Source: a virus
Lineage: Duplodnaviria; Caudoviricetes
DNA: 38,735 bases
IMG/VR virus record: IMGVR_UViG_3300027769_000063
Coordinates: 1 to 38,735 of that record
Reading direction: 5' to 3' (one strand)
Shown: positions 10,058-19,556 of the stretch, piece by piece
How positions within the stretch are numbered: the first letter of the stretch is position 1
Layout: every line of letters starts with the position of its first letter
Translations under genes and position numbers: made by a program
The notes under the pieces: model-generated
What the model was told of the DNA's origin: nothing
Databases searched by the model: none
Seen by the model: the letters and a program-made list of their open reading frames with translations, nothing else

Positions 10058-10072
10058 TGATATAATTATCTT

Positions 10073-10222
10073 ATGAATAAATATCGCATTAAATTGGATG
10101 TAGAGGTAGAAGTAGAAGCCTTTAATACCGAAGACGCAAGCGAATATATTCATGATATATTTAATATAGATGACGAAATTAAAAAGATTAATGTCGTAAA
10201 AATATCACCAATAAATCATTGA
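10073..10222 (+). CDS. 49-aa hypothetical protein, leaderless
   Basis: TGATATAAT-6nt-ATG; MNKYRIKLDVEVEVEAFNTEDA…. Confidence 0.65.
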   Translation: MNKYRIKLDVEVEVEAFNTEDASEYIHDIFNIDDEIKKINVVKISPINH

Positions 10223-10248
10223 CAAGGCCACTGTACGAAGTGTATAAT
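10219..10248 (+). promoter_or_regulatory. SigA-type promoter for the tRNA-Asn/Leu-whiB unit
   Basis: TTGACA-N18-TATAAT. Confidence 0.75.
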
Positions 10249-10275
10249 TATATAGTACAGTGGTTTTGTGCATAT

Positions 10276-10348
10276 TGGTCCATAGCTCAGTTGGTAGAGC
10301 GCCAAACTGTTAATTTGGATGTCCCAGGATCGAGACCTGGTGGACCAG
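10276..10348 (+). tRNA. tRNA-Asn(GTT) with atypical T-loop
   Basis: Acceptor TGGTCCA/TGGACCA, anticodon arm CCAAA-CTGTTAA-TTTGG, T-loop ATCGAGA. Confidence 0.9.
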
Positions 10349-10353
10349 CATAT

Positions 10354-10435
10354 GCCCGAATGGTGGAATCGGTATACACGACAGACTTAAAATTTGTTGC
10401 TTCACAGCATGTCGGTTCAAGTCCGACTTCGGGTA
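10354..10435 (+). tRNA. tRNA-Leu(TAA)
   Basis: Acceptor GCCCGAA/TTCGGGT, anticodon arm ACAGA-CTTAAAA-TTTGT, long variable arm, T-loop TTCAAGT. Confidence 0.9.
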
Positions 10436-10454
10436 CTAGAAAAGGTAAAGTAAT

Positions 10455-10688
10455 TTGTTATATTTAACGGAGAAAGGCGTTGAGATTTTTATTAAAAGAT
10501 CTCAATCAAAAACACAGGAGTCATTCTGGAATAACTATGACCTTGTCATATGGAAAAAAGATAACGGCGGCTATACATCTATCAATGGAATGTACAGACA
10601 AAATGCTTGGGGCAAAGTAGAAAAATTTTCTATAGGCCAAGAAGGAATCTGGAAGCTGTCTAAAAAATATGTCAAACATTTTAAATGA
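10455..10688 (+). CDS. Hypothetical protein
   Basis: ORF with AAAGG SD and TTG start; overlaps whiB start. Confidence 0.6.
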   Translation: MLYLTEKGVEIFIKRSQSKTQESFWNNYDLVIWKKDNGGYTSINGMYRQNAWGKVEKFSIGQEGIWKLSKKYVKHFK

Positions 10689-10980
10689 TTTAGGTATAGA
10701 TAAAGAAGATGTTAAGTGGTATGACCTAGCGCTATGCAAAGGTATGGACACCAATTTGTTTTTTGATAAATATGAGTCTGATATAAATATAGCAAAAAAT
10801 ATTGATGAAGCTTGTTTATCTTGCCCTGTAATTAAAATTTGCCACGATGAAGGAATTACAAATAGCGATTATGGAGTTTGGGGCGGTGTCTACCTAAGCT
10901 CTGGATCCCTAGATAAATCAAAGAATGCCCATAAGACAAAAGATGTTTGGAAGCGTATAAAGGAAAAGCATGTTTATTGA
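10669..10980 (+). CDS. whiB: WhiB-family Fe-S transcription factor
   Basis: W…ALC…D.NLFF…CxxCPVxxxC…YGVWGG. Confidence 0.92.
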   Translation: MSNILNDLGIDKEDVKWYDLALCKGMDTNLFFDKYESDINIAKNIDEACLSCPVIKICHDEGITNSDYGVWGGVYLSSGSLDKSKNAHKTKDVWKRIKEKHVY

Positions 10981-11287
10981 TAAGAATAAAGATCATTTTA
11001 AATATGGAATTAATGAGTGGACTGGTGAGCCAAACAAGCCCGTATTCTACAATAAAGAAATGGCACTTAAGATAAGAGAACTAAAGAAGCCCGTAAATGG
11101 ACTACAGATGGATATAGTAAAGTATCCAGAATTTTTGGCTATTAGATTATACGAAGATAATTTCTCTCAGTACGATGGATCAATTAAGATGCAAGTTATT
11201 GAATATGTAGAGATGGTAAAAAAGATTCTTGAAACCTATGGGGTTAGAGTTGAGCTTGAAGGAAAGCCTGGGGGACAAAGAAAGTGA
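10970..11287 (+). CDS. Hypothetical protein
   Basis: Overlap-coupled ORF. Confidence 0.7.
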   Translation: MFIDKNKDHFKYGINEWTGEPNKPVFYNKEMALKIRELKKPVNGLQMDIVKYPEFLAIRLYEDNFSQYDGSIKMQVIEYVEMVKKILETYGVRVELEGKPGGQRK

Positions 11288-12030
11288 ATTTAAATACAAC
11301 AACACTTTTACCAAAAGTTATTGTTTACCACGAAACAGTTAGCAATGATTTCTACAACAAGGTGCTGTCTTTAGATCAATCAAAGTGGACAAACTGGGGA
11401 GCATTTGGATTATACTTAAGACTTGCAACTAATGAATATATAGGTGACCCTTTAGAATTTAGTTCGACAACAGAAGAAACAGATGAAACCATTGTGTCTT
11501 TAATAAATGAATTTAATAAAATATTTAAAGAAACCACATTAGACTATATACAAAAAAATGATGTCGTCCTACCCAACTGGCAAACTGCCACCCCGCAGCT
11601 TTCAAAATATCACACAAAGAAAGTAAAGTTTCATAATTTAATTTTGCCGTTCCATACAGATTATCAGCAGGAGAGGTCAAAGATGCCAGGCATCAAGCAT
11701 GGCATAACAGCAAACCTATACATCAACGATGACTACAAAGGCGGAGAAATACTCTTTAATATGGAAGGCTCAGACGATGTAATAAAGTATAAGCCAAAGG
11801 CGGGGGACATGATTGTGTTCCCATCAGGATTACCCTACTACCACGGAGTAAGGAATGTAATTGAAGGAGAGAAGTATCTAATAAGATCCTTTTGGCATTT
11901 TAGAGAAGAGGGGGACCCAGAGTATATGAAAGAGAAAGAAAAGTGGACCCCAGAAGAATGGAAAGAGAAAGAAACATTGAGACAAAAAATAGAAAGAAAC
12001 AAATATATGAAATGGATTAAGGTAAACTAA
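11284..12030 (+). CDS. 2OG-Fe(II) oxygenase
   Basis: HTD, YINDDYKGGE, PKAGD.IVFPS, HGV and KY. Confidence 0.88.
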   Translation: MNLNTTTLLPKVIVYHETVSNDFYNKVLSLDQSKWTNWGAFGLYLRLATNEYIGDPLEFSSTTEETDETIVSLINEFNKIFKETTLDYIQKNDVVLPNWQTATPQLSKYHTKKVKFHNLILPFHTDYQQERSKMPGIKHGITANLYINDDYKGGEILFNMEGSDDVIKYKPKAGDMIVFPSGLPYYHGVRNVIEGEKYLIRSFWHFREEGDPEYMKEKEKWTPEEWKEKETLRQKIERNKYMKWIKVN

Positions 12031-12032
12031 AA

Positions 12033-12269
12033 ATGGAAAAAGTATTATGCTATTCGTGCAACAAGAGTAAGAATGCGTTATCTGCTAAAAAATCTTCTTT
12101 GCTTGCAATAAATCTATTATTGTGTCAGGGTTGTACGGATAATAAATTAGAGCCTAGATGGATTGTTATTTTGGCAGGTAGACAGTATGGCGCTGATCAT
12201 GTCAAAGAGCATATCGCAAAAAAGAAGTATATTGGGCTAGATATAACAGCTTCTGAATTATTAATTTAA
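12033..12269 (+). CDS. Hypothetical Zn-binding protein
   Basis: Two CxxC motifs; AAGG SD. Confidence 0.7.
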   Translation: MEKVLCYSCNKSKNALSAKKSSLLAINLLLCQGCTDNKLEPRWIVILAGRQYGADHVKEHIAKKKYIGLDITASELLI

Positions 12270-12299
12270 TATAAATAATAAGGTATAATTATAGATATA

Positions 12300-12608
12300 A
12301 TGAATATCTCTTTATATCAAATACTAATAACATTATTTGCTGCTTCAATAAGCGGTTTATTTACTGCATACATAAATTCAAAAAGGCTAAAAAAAGAAAA
12401 GATTGCTCAGGCTGCAGATAAGGCTCATGATCAACTTTTGCTTGAGATTAAAGATCTTCAGATAAAGCTTTATAAATTAGAGAAAGATCTGAGTGAATGG
12501 AAAGACAAGTATTTTGAGGCTTTGCAGGAATTAATTAGGGTTAAGGCAGAATTAGAGGGAACAATGCTTAAATTAACACATGTAGAACTGCATTCCAATG
12601 AGGACTAG
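12300..12608 (+). CDS. Membrane-anchored coiled-coil protein
   Basis: N-terminal TM segment followed by heptad-rich helix. Confidence 0.7.
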   Translation: MNISLYQILITLFAASISGLFTAYINSKRLKKEKIAQAADKAHDQLLLEIKDLQIKLYKLEKDLSEWKDKYFEALQELIRVKAELEGTMLKLTHVELHSNED

Positions 12609-12640
12609 CACCAAAAATATAAAAATAGTATACTAGTAAT

Positions 12641-13198
12641 ATGACTTGTATTGTTGCTATTGCCCAAAATGGTGTTGTTTACATGGGATCAGACCATGCC
12701 GCCTCAGATGATAAAACTGGGTGGATACTGTCACGCAAAGAACCAAAGGTTTTTAAAGTTGGTCAATATGGAGTTGCGTTCACAGACTCATTTCGTATGG
12801 GCCAAATACTTCAGTACTCTTGGACTCCACCAAAGTATACTCCAACAAAAACAAACTCTGGCTTAGATAAATTTATGAGAACTAAGTTTATTGATTCAGT
12901 TAAAGCTGCGTTCAAAGACAATGGCTACGGAAGCATTGGCTCTTCTTCAGAAGAAGATACGGGCGGAATTTTTATAGTTGGAATATGTGGCAGAATCTTT
13001 ACTATAGATGAAGACTTTCATGTTGGAGAAAATGTTGTAAACTACATGGCAGAAGGAAGCGGCGGACAGATAGCTCTTGGAGCATTATATGCCACCAAGA
13101 ATCAAAAGAATCCACGCTTACGCTTAAAGGCAGCATTAGAAGCAGCAACTGAGTTTAATATGAGCGTAGCAGCACCCTATACATATATCCAAGTTTAG
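12641..13198 (+). CDS. Ntn-hydrolase, HslV/proteasome-beta-like protease
   Basis: N-terminal MTCIVA (Thr nucleophile), GSD, K in PKVF and GSG..IALGAL; leaderless. Confidence 0.8.
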   Translation: MTCIVAIAQNGVVYMGSDHAASDDKTGWILSRKEPKVFKVGQYGVAFTDSFRMGQILQYSWTPPKYTPTKTNSGLDKFMRTKFIDSVKAAFKDNGYGSIGSSSEEDTGGIFIVGICGRIFTIDEDFHVGENVVNYMAEGSGGQIALGALYATKNQKNPRLRLKAALEAATEFNMSVAAPYTYIQV

Positions 13199-13212
13199 TG
13201 TATAATTGATTT

Positions 13213-13566
13213 ATGAAGACCTTGTTTATAATTGCTGGTACATTTTTTGTAATTGTCGCTGTTCAATGGTTTAGAGCGAGATATAAAGTTGGAATATACT
13301 ATATCAATCTTGTAGAAGAAGCAATAGAGCAACTCAAAAACTCAGGTCCTATGGATATTAATGATCTAAAGCCAGAAAATTACGATCACGCAATGGATCT
13401 TAGAGGAACACCAACACACCTATGTCCTTGCGGATGCAATATCTGGAATGTAAAAGTAATTTTTGAAGATTTTGAAATAGCCACATACTTTTTGGACATG
13501 GAATGTGCAAATTGTGGAAGTAGGGCAACTGCACCTACACTACTAGATAGAGAGAAGATGGAATGA
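13213..13566 (+). CDS. Membrane-anchored Zn-finger protein
   Basis: TM segment, DLRG.PTHLCPCG…CANCG; leaderless. Confidence 0.7.
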   Translation: MKTLFIIAGTFFVIVAVQWFRARYKVGIYYINLVEEAIEQLKNSGPMDINDLKPENYDHAMDLRGTPTHLCPCGCNIWNVKVIFEDFEIATYFLDMECANCGSRATAPTLLDREKME

Positions 13567-13760
13567 GAAAGTCTGAAAGACTGAGGCAGCTTGAAATGAC
13601 GGTAGTTAGAATGGAAATGACTCTTGAATTACTTAGTCTTGCCATTAATAACGTAATGGAGTCACAAAAGATGTCAATAGACCATGCAAGCGAAATAGAT
13701 GCCCTAGAGTCCAGGCTCGACGCTGGCAAATGGTATAAGAATACCAAAGAGACCCCTTGA
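13563..13760 (+). CDS. Hypothetical protein
   Basis: ATGA-coupled ORF. Confidence 0.65.
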   Translation: MRKSERLRQLEMTVVRMEMTLELLSLAINNVMESQKMSIDHASEIDALESRLDAGKWYKNTKETP

Positions 13761-13790
13761 CATCCTGCTAATATTTAGTAGAATTAAGGC

Positions 13791-14912
13791 ATGACTAAAA
13801 AACTAATAACTGCATTACTATCACTATCACTTGCACTACCTCTAGCAGTATATTCTGCTAGCGCCGCACCAATGGCACCCTCAGTTGCAATTATTGATAC
13901 TGGAATTGATGACACATTGCCATCGTTTCAAGGTAAGATTGTAACTCAAGTTTGTATATTAGAATTTACATTGTGTCCAAACGGAACATCATTTGAGGAA
14001 AGCCCTCGTGCAGCAGTAATTCCTTCAAACTTTATTAATTCAAATGGCTTTGAGCATGGAACACAAATGGCTTCTGCTCTATTGCTTGCTAATCCAAATT
14101 TAAATATTGTGTTTATTAGAATTGTAGGAAATAATCCAACAGGCGGAAGAATTAATCCTACAGCTTCTTCAGTAGACAAAGCCCTTACATGGGTAAAGAA
14201 TAACTCTTCAAAGTATAATATTCAGGCTGTCACTATGTCACAGGGACATCATAACCTAGGTCCAGCAGGCACAGACTATTGCCCTAAAACGCCAGTAACT
14301 GAGCAAGCAATTAAAGATCTTATTGCAATCAATGTTGCTACGTTCTTTGCAGTAGGAAATGGATCAGACTATAAGCGAATTGACTGGCCATCTTGTATTG
14401 AATCATCAGTTGCGGTTGGCTCAGTTGATAGAGGAAATCTTATTGCAAGCACAAGCAATAACGATGTATTGCTAGACTTCTACGCTACAGGATATGTTAC
14501 AGTCCCATCTGCAGGGAATATTGTTAAAAATATTTCAGGTTCATCTGCAGCAACACAAACTGCAGCAGGACTATGGTTGGCGCTAAGATCTTCAAAGCCT
14601 TCATATACATACAATCAGATTCTAGATTCTTTCAAGAATACAACAGTATCTACAATTGGTAGAGCAGGTACATTTGTAAAGCTTATGAACTTAAGCGGTG
14701 CTCTATCATATACTCCAGCGAAGGCTGGACCAAGTGCTGCAGAAATCGCAGCAGCACAAGCAGCAGCACAAGCAGCAGCAAAGGCTGCATTAAAGACGCA
14801 GGTTGATGCTGCAATCGCAGCAGCACAAGCAGAGCACGATGCAGCAGTAAAAGCAGCAGCAGATAAACTTGCTGCGACTAAAGCAACATGGCTGGCAAAA
14901 CTTAATGGCTGA
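13791..14912 (+). CDS. Secreted subtilisin-like (S8) serine protease with Ala-rich tail
   Basis: Signal peptide; IIDTG, HGTQM, AVGN and SGSSAA; TTGACA-N16-TAGAAT-6nt-ATG. Confidence 0.85.
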   Translation: MTKKLITALLSLSLALPLAVYSASAAPMAPSVAIIDTGIDDTLPSFQGKIVTQVCILEFTLCPNGTSFEESPRAAVIPSNFINSNGFEHGTQMASALLLANPNLNIVFIRIVGNNPTGGRINPTASSVDKALTWVKNNSSKYNIQAVTMSQGHHNLGPAGTDYCPKTPVTEQAIKDLIAINVATFFAVGNGSDYKRIDWPSCIESSVAVGSVDRGNLIASTSNNDVLLDFYATGYVTVPSAGNIVKNISGSSAATQTAAGLWLALRSSKPSYTYNQILDSFKNTTVSTIGRAGTFVKLMNLSGALSYTPAKAGPSAAEIAAAQAAAQAAAKAALKTQVDAAIAAAQAEHDAAVKAAADKLAATKATWLAKLNG

Positions 14913-15111
14913 GTTAACCGTAATGGATGAAATTATTGGGGAGGTTGCTGAAGGCCTATATAAAAAATGGGTCTCAGCAATGCCTGATGATGAAAAGAAT
15001 CAGCAAGCATTTAGCGCAATGTCAAAGAATGCACACGAAACAACACTATTCGTAATCCAAGACTTTATGAATAGATTCAATGCAGCAGCGGAGGAACTGA
15101 AGGACAAATGA
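14905..15111 (+). CDS. Hypothetical protein
   Basis: Likely start MAELTV, overlapping the upstream stop. Confidence 0.65.
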   Translation: MAELTVMDEIIGEVAEGLYKKWVSAMPDDEKNQQAFSAMSKNAHETTLFVIQDFMNRFNAAAEELKDK

Positions 15112-15410
15112 TAGTCACAGATGAATCCTTTGATTCTGTACTAGAGTCTCATAATCTGGTACTTATAGATTTTTGGGCACCGTGGTGCGGACCTTGCAAA
15201 AAGGTCTCACCAATACTAGATGAGATATCAGAAGAGGTTGGTCTATGGGTCGGAAAGTTAAATGTTGATGAGAATCCTATCAAATCAGCAGAATATTCAG
15301 TAACCTCTGTACCTACTATGGTACTATTTAAGTCTGGCACCCCTGTAAAAACTATAATGGGTGCAAAGCCCAAGCATGTTATGCTAAAGGAGCTTTCGGA
15401 ATGGATCTAG
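15108..15410 (+). CDS. trxA: Thioredoxin
   Basis: DFWAPWCGPCK and cis-Pro SVPT. Confidence 0.95.
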   Translation: MIVTDESFDSVLESHNLVLIDFWAPWCGPCKKVSPILDEISEEVGLWVGKLNVDENPIKSAEYSVTSVPTMVLFKSGTPVKTIMGAKPKHVMLKELSEWI

Positions 15411-15595
15411 AACAAATAGATGCAGATCATTTAGAGTTTGAAATATGGCTTAAGAATGGTTACGACAGAGGGTGGGTATCGGACGTGTTTTGTAACACTC
15501 ATGATGGTCCACCGCTAACAGAAGAAGAATCACAAGAGTGGGATGATGGTGGAGATCCATGTTCATTCCATGTAAAAGTAAATGCACTACACTAA
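15401..15595 (+). CDS. Hypothetical protein
   Basis: GW.S..FC.THDG…GGDPC; AAGGAG SD. Confidence 0.7.
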   Translation: MDLEQIDADHLEFEIWLKNGYDRGWVSDVFCNTHDGPPLTEEESQEWDDGGDPCSFHVKVNALH

Positions 15596-15637
15596 AATTC
15601 TGTGCTCATTAAGAGGCAGATTAAAATAAGGAGAATG

Positions 15638-16738
15638 ATGAATTCATTTAAGAAAATCTCAATTGCTACCGCTGCAGCTCTAGCAATCGTTGGAATTTCT
15701 GTAGCACCATCTTCGGCAGCACCGCTTGCCGTTACGGTTGCAACAGTAGCTAACGCAACAACACTTGCAGCACCTACAACAGTTGCAGTACCTTCAGCTA
15801 ACCAGATTACATCTGGAACATCTGTAGCGCTTGCAGCAACAGCAGACACATCGACAGTCGTGTCATTTGTAGCATCAGATACAGTTAAACTTGTAACTGC
15901 ACTACACACAACAGACGCACCTAAAACAACTGCCTCTGGAGTATCAACTCTTTCAATCACATCTGCTGGAACAGCAGTTACAGTCTATGCTTATACAACA
16001 AGCGTAAAGGTTGGAACAGTAACAATTACCAATGGCGCATATTCAACTATTGTTTACATTAAGGGAATTGCAGGGGCAGCATCAAACGTTGCAGTTGCAG
16101 TACCAGCAGCATCAGCAGTTGGAACTATTCCAACCATCACTGTATCTGCTACAGACGTATTTGGTAACCCAATTCTAACAGGAGAGACAATTACTGCAAC
16201 AGTAATTGGATCAACATTTGCTGATGGAACAGTCACAAAGTCATTAGTTACATCAACAACTGCAGAAGCGACAGCAGATACAACACTAGTTGCTGGCTCA
16301 AAGACTGCATCCCTTGCAGTTGGAGTTGCTGGAACAGTGACAGTTGTTGTTACTGGTGCTACATCAGCATCAGCAGTAACTGGATTAACTGCACCAACTA
16401 AGGCAGCACAGGCAGCATTTAGCATCTCTGATCTAAATGGCACAGTTGCTACTCTTACAGCACAGCTTGCAGCAGAAAAGGCTGGTCGTGCACTTGATGC
16501 ACAGGCAGCATCTAACTTGCTTGCAGCAGAAAAGGCTGGTCGTGCAGCGGACAAGGTTGCAGCAGACAAGTTGCTTGCAGATACTAAGTCAGCATCAGAC
16601 TCAGCAACAGTTACTGCTAAGGCAGCATCTGACCTTGCTCTTGCAACTGCAGCAGCAAAGTACAAGGCGGAATACAATGCACTCGCAACTAAGTGGAACA
16701 AGAAGTTCCCTAAGTTGAAGATTGCTCTAAAGAAGTAG
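15638..16738 (+). CDS. Exported Ala/Thr/Val-rich surface or virion protein with coiled-coil C-terminus
   Basis: Signal peptide MNSFKKISIATAAALA…PSSA; AGGAG SD; LAAEKAGRA repeat; strong codon bias. Confidence 0.75.
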   Translation: MNSFKKISIATAAALAIVGISVAPSSAAPLAVTVATVANATTLAAPTTVAVPSANQITSGTSVALAATADTSTVVSFVASDTVKLVTALHTTDAPKTTASGVSTLSITSAGTAVTVYAYTTSVKVGTVTITNGAYSTIVYIKGIAGAASNVAVAVPAASAVGTIPTITVSATDVFGNPILTGETITATVIGSTFADGTVTKSLVTSTTAEATADTTLVAGSKTASLAVGVAGTVTVVVTGATSASAVTGLTAPTKAAQAAFSISDLNGTVATLTAQLAAEKAGRALDAQAASNLLAAEKAGRAADKVAADKLLADTKSASDSATVTAKAASDLALATAAAKYKAEYNALATKWNKKFPKLKIALKK

Positions 16739-16744
16739 GCTATT

Positions 16745-16773
16745 TGGTCGGGGGGTAAAACCCCCGACCATTT
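16745..16773 (+). terminator. Intrinsic terminator
   Basis: TGGTCGGGGG-GTAAAA-CCCCCGACCA-TTT after the stop codon. Confidence 0.75.
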
Positions 16774-16779
16774 ACTATT

Positions 16780-17388
16780 ATGTATACTATAGAAGAGATA
16801 AAGTTAATACTACAAGAATGTAAAGAGCTTAACAAGCCATACGTTTTTAAATCATTATGTAGCGTAGTTCCAAAATGGGAGAGCTTTATACAGCATACAA
16901 ATGATCAGTATTGGAATCATAGGATAGCGGAAGTCCCTAGCAATCCATATAGAGAAAGATTTGTGCGTGGTGTTTTATTTAAAAACCCATTGTATTTAAA
17001 TGTAATAGGGCCAAAGCCAGAATGGTACCCTGAAATAGAAGAATTTTTTAATATTTTTAACAATGCAATACCCTATAAAGGATCAGCTTTATCTGCATAT
17101 ATAAATTTTGCAAAAGAGCAGCCATCAGAACCACATTTTGACGAGACAGATAATTTCTATTGGCAGTGCATAGGCACTACAATTTGGAAATTCTATGCAT
17201 CAGAAAAAAGATCCTTTAGTCAATCTAACATTGATCCACTTTCCGAAGGATATTCGGAGTTTGAAGTTTCCGCTGGAGATGTAGTTTATATTCCCAGAGG
17301 AATGATTCATGACGTTTCAACAACAGGGCCTAGAGCGGCCTTACAGTTTAAATACAATATTCCTGAGTTGGGGTATTCTTTCAATTAA
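16780..17388 (+). CDS. JmjC/cupin-like oxygenase
   Basis: HFD…WQCIG…GDVVYIPRG.IH; paralog of 5170-5784. Confidence 0.8.
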   Translation: MYTIEEIKLILQECKELNKPYVFKSLCSVVPKWESFIQHTNDQYWNHRIAEVPSNPYRERFVRGVLFKNPLYLNVIGPKPEWYPEIEEFFNIFNNAIPYKGSALSAYINFAKEQPSEPHFDETDNFYWQCIGTTIWKFYASEKRSFSQSNIDPLSEGYSEFEVSAGDVVYIPRGMIHDVSTTGPRAALQFKYNIPELGYSFN

Positions 17389-17408
17389 AAGAATGGTAGA
17401 ATAGATAC

Positions 17409-17627
17409 ATGGAATCAAATAAAAAAAGTTTATATAAAACAATTACATGGCCAGCAGTGCATATAGGTTTTGTTGGGACTATGGTTTATTTTTTTGAAAA
17501 AGCTATTACTGGCGAAGCTCATTGGGAGTACGCTGGGTCATTTGCACTTATATACACGGCATGCGAAATGATAGGATTTTTTCTCCACGAAAGAGCGTGG
17601 AACAAATTTGGAACTAAGGTAAAATAA
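17409..17627 (+). CDS. DUF2061-like small membrane protein
   Basis: KSLYKTITW…HERAWNK; leaderless. Confidence 0.7.
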   Translation: MESNKKSLYKTITWPAVHIGFVGTMVYFFEKAITGEAHWEYAGSFALIYTACEMIGFFLHERAWNKFGTKVK

Positions 17628-17770
17628 TGGGAAAGCATAACGATAAAATTAAAAAAGCTTTAGAGCAAAGAATTGCAGCAACTCCAAATGGAGCGGGTTA
17701 TAAAAAGCCAGGATCAATGAATAAAAAGAAAACTGGTTATCGTGGTCAGAAGGCACAGGGTTCAAAGTAA
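17627..17770 (+). CDS. 47-aa basic protein
   Basis: TAATG coupling; MGKHNDKIKKALEQRIAATPNGAGYKKPGSMNKKK…. Confidence 0.6.
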   Translation: MGKHNDKIKKALEQRIAATPNGAGYKKPGSMNKKKTGYRGQKAQGSK

Positions 17771-17773
17771 TTA

Positions 17774-17893
17774 ATGGGAAACCACATCTGTGAGATCAAA
17801 GACTGTAAAGAAGAAGCAAAGTATATAACCACTACAGAGTCTAAAATGATAGAGATCTGTAAGCAGCACTGGAATGAAAAATATAAATCATGA
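17774..17893 (+). CDS. 39-aa Cys/His peptide
   Basis: CEIKDC…CKQH; ATGA overlap with next ORF. Confidence 0.55.
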   Translation: MGNHICEIKDCKEEAKYITTTESKMIEICKQHWNEKYKS

Positions 17894-18144
17894 ATGACTT
17901 AGAGCAGCAAAAAAATCTTGCTGTTGAATTAGATCTAAAGCATAAAGCAGAAATTGCTGCAAATAACCCGATTGCTGGACCATGGAAGCAATCTACGTTT
18001 ATTTGTCCAGACTGCCTGACTGTTGTTATAATTAGGACAAGGCTTCCATTTGATAGTCCATTTAGAATTGCTTGCCCATGCAAGTATTCTGGAATGCATA
18101 GAGCAACTCCATGGGAAGAAGTCCCAGAAGTACCAGTCAACTAA
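17890..18144 (+). CDS. Hypothetical Zn-finger protein
   Basis: CPDC…CPC. Confidence 0.6.
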   Translation: MNDLEQQKNLAVELDLKHKAEIAANNPIAGPWKQSTFICPDCLTVVIIRTRLPFDSPFRIACPCKYSGMHRATPWEEVPEVPVN

Positions 18145-18218
18145 ATAACAATAATGCTATAATAGAGGGATAGATGGATTTCTAGACCCATCTAAATACA
18201 ACCTATAGGAGTAATAAA

Positions 18219-18377
18219 ATGACAACAAACGGAATTAACGGTGGCGGATTCGAAGCTGCAAAGCCAGCAGGAACAAACGATATAAACGCACACTACTCAG
18301 ACAATCCAGGTTCAGCATTTGCTGCAACAGATAAGTCTACACAGGATAGCGCTGGCGTAAACCAAGGCGGAAAGTAA
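18219..18377 (+). CDS. 52-aa Gly/Ala/Asn-rich peptide
   Basis: AGGAG SD and upstream TGCTATAAT; MTTNGINGGGFEAAKPAG…. Confidence 0.65.
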   Translation: MTTNGINGGGFEAAKPAGTNDINAHYSDNPGSAFAATDKSTQDSAGVNQGGK

Positions 18378-18379
18378 GA

Positions 18380-18544
18380 ATGGATCTATTCAAAAAAGAA
18401 GAGATTGTTGCTCCAACATTTGAAGCAGCAGTAATTTCAGCAGCAGCTAACGTTGCAGCAGCAGTTTCTACAAAAGTAGAGTGCACAAGAGACACAAGAG
18501 GCGATGCCCCATGTGCTGTTAAGAATTGTGAGAACTGTAACTAA
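18380..18544 (+). CDS. 54-aa peptide with Cys-rich C-terminus
   Basis: …VECTRDTRGDAPCAVKNCENCN; TAATG coupling. Confidence 0.6.
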   Translation: MDLFKKEEIVAPTFEAAVISAAANVAAAVSTKVECTRDTRGDAPCAVKNCENCN

Positions 18545-18732
18545 TGTGCGTAATGTGCGGTTGCGGTATGGGTGGAAACAATGGAAACATTGAGTCTCCA
18601 AATTCACCAATGATGGTAGTGCCAAATATATTTGGTGGGGACATTGATAGTCTCTCATCTAGCGGTATTAAAGATCGGGATTCCGAATCTACATATAACC
18701 CAAGCGGAGAAGTAGAAGACGACAATGACTAA
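18544..18732 (+). CDS. Hypothetical protein (MCVMCGC start)
   Basis: Coupled ORF with CxxCGC motif. Confidence 0.6.
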   Translation: MCVMCGCGMGGNNGNIESPNSPMMVVPNIFGGDIDSLSSSGIKDRDSESTYNPSGEVEDDND

Positions 18733-18931
18733 TAGTTTTAAAAAAGAAGATGGTACTGGCATGGTGCCACCAGCTAACGCTGGTGCACCTGCTGGTGCTG
18801 TTACAAGCGAAAGAACCCCAAAGAAATACCCTAGACAGGGTTTAAAAGTGGATACAAACAGACATGGAATAAGAAGAGAAACAAGTCTTGTTCCAAAGCC
18901 ACCGAAGAAAACGGGCCGTAAGAAAGTTTAG
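18725..18931 (+). CDS. Hypothetical basic protein
   Basis: Overlap-coupled ORF. Confidence 0.6.
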   Translation: MTNSFKKEDGTGMVPPANAGAPAGAVTSERTPKKYPRQGLKVDTNRHGIRRETSLVPKPPKKTGRKKV

Positions 18932-19019
18932 CCGTGTGTAGAGAATGCGGTAGTTGTACCAAAGAGCATTATCCAACAATAGATGATGCTGTTGATAAAG
19001 TATTGGATAGCACAATAAT

Positions 19020-19556
19020 ATGAAAACAGTAGGAGAAAAGTTAGGCAACTTTGCCGTAACGGGCGTTAAGCCAGGGGCATTATCTTATGAAGATAGCTCA
19101 TTTGAAATAATTACACAAGACTCATTCCCAGGAAAATGGAAGATTATCGCTTTCTATCCAAAGGATTTTACATTTGTATGCCCAACAGAAATCGTTGCAT
19201 ATGATGCTTTAGTAAATGATTTTAATGATAGAGATACTGTTTTGCTTACAGGCTCAGTAGATAATGAATTTTGCAAGATCGCATGGAGAAATGCACATGA
19301 TGATCTTAAAAAGACTAACTCATGGTCATTTGCAGACACTGCACATCAGTTGGCTAATGATCTTGGAGTTCACCACTCATCTGGTGTAACTTATCGTGCT
19401 ACATTTATTGTAGACCCAGACAACATCATTCAGCATGTTACATGTAATAATTTAGATGTTGGTCGTAATGCTGATGAGGCTTTGCGTGTATTAGATGCAC
19501 TCCAAACAGGTGAACTGTGTGCATGCAACAGACCACTCGGAGGAGAAACTCTATAA
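19020..19556 (+). CDS. ahpC: Peroxiredoxin AhpC
   Basis: FYPKDFTFVCPTEI, GRNADEALRVLDALQ and LCACN. Confidence 0.95.
   Translation: MKTVGEKLGNFAVTGVKPGALSYEDSSFEIITQDSFPGKWKIIAFYPKDFTFVCPTEIVAYDALVNDFNDRDTVLLTGSVDNEFCKIAWRNAHDDLKKTNSWSFADTAHQLANDLGVHHSSGVTYRATFIVDPDNIIQHVTCNNLDVGRNADEALRVLDALQTGELCACNRPLGGETL

Noticed and set aside
10219-10467. 82-aa ORF in the track
   Set aside because: It overlaps a promoter and two well-formed tRNAs.
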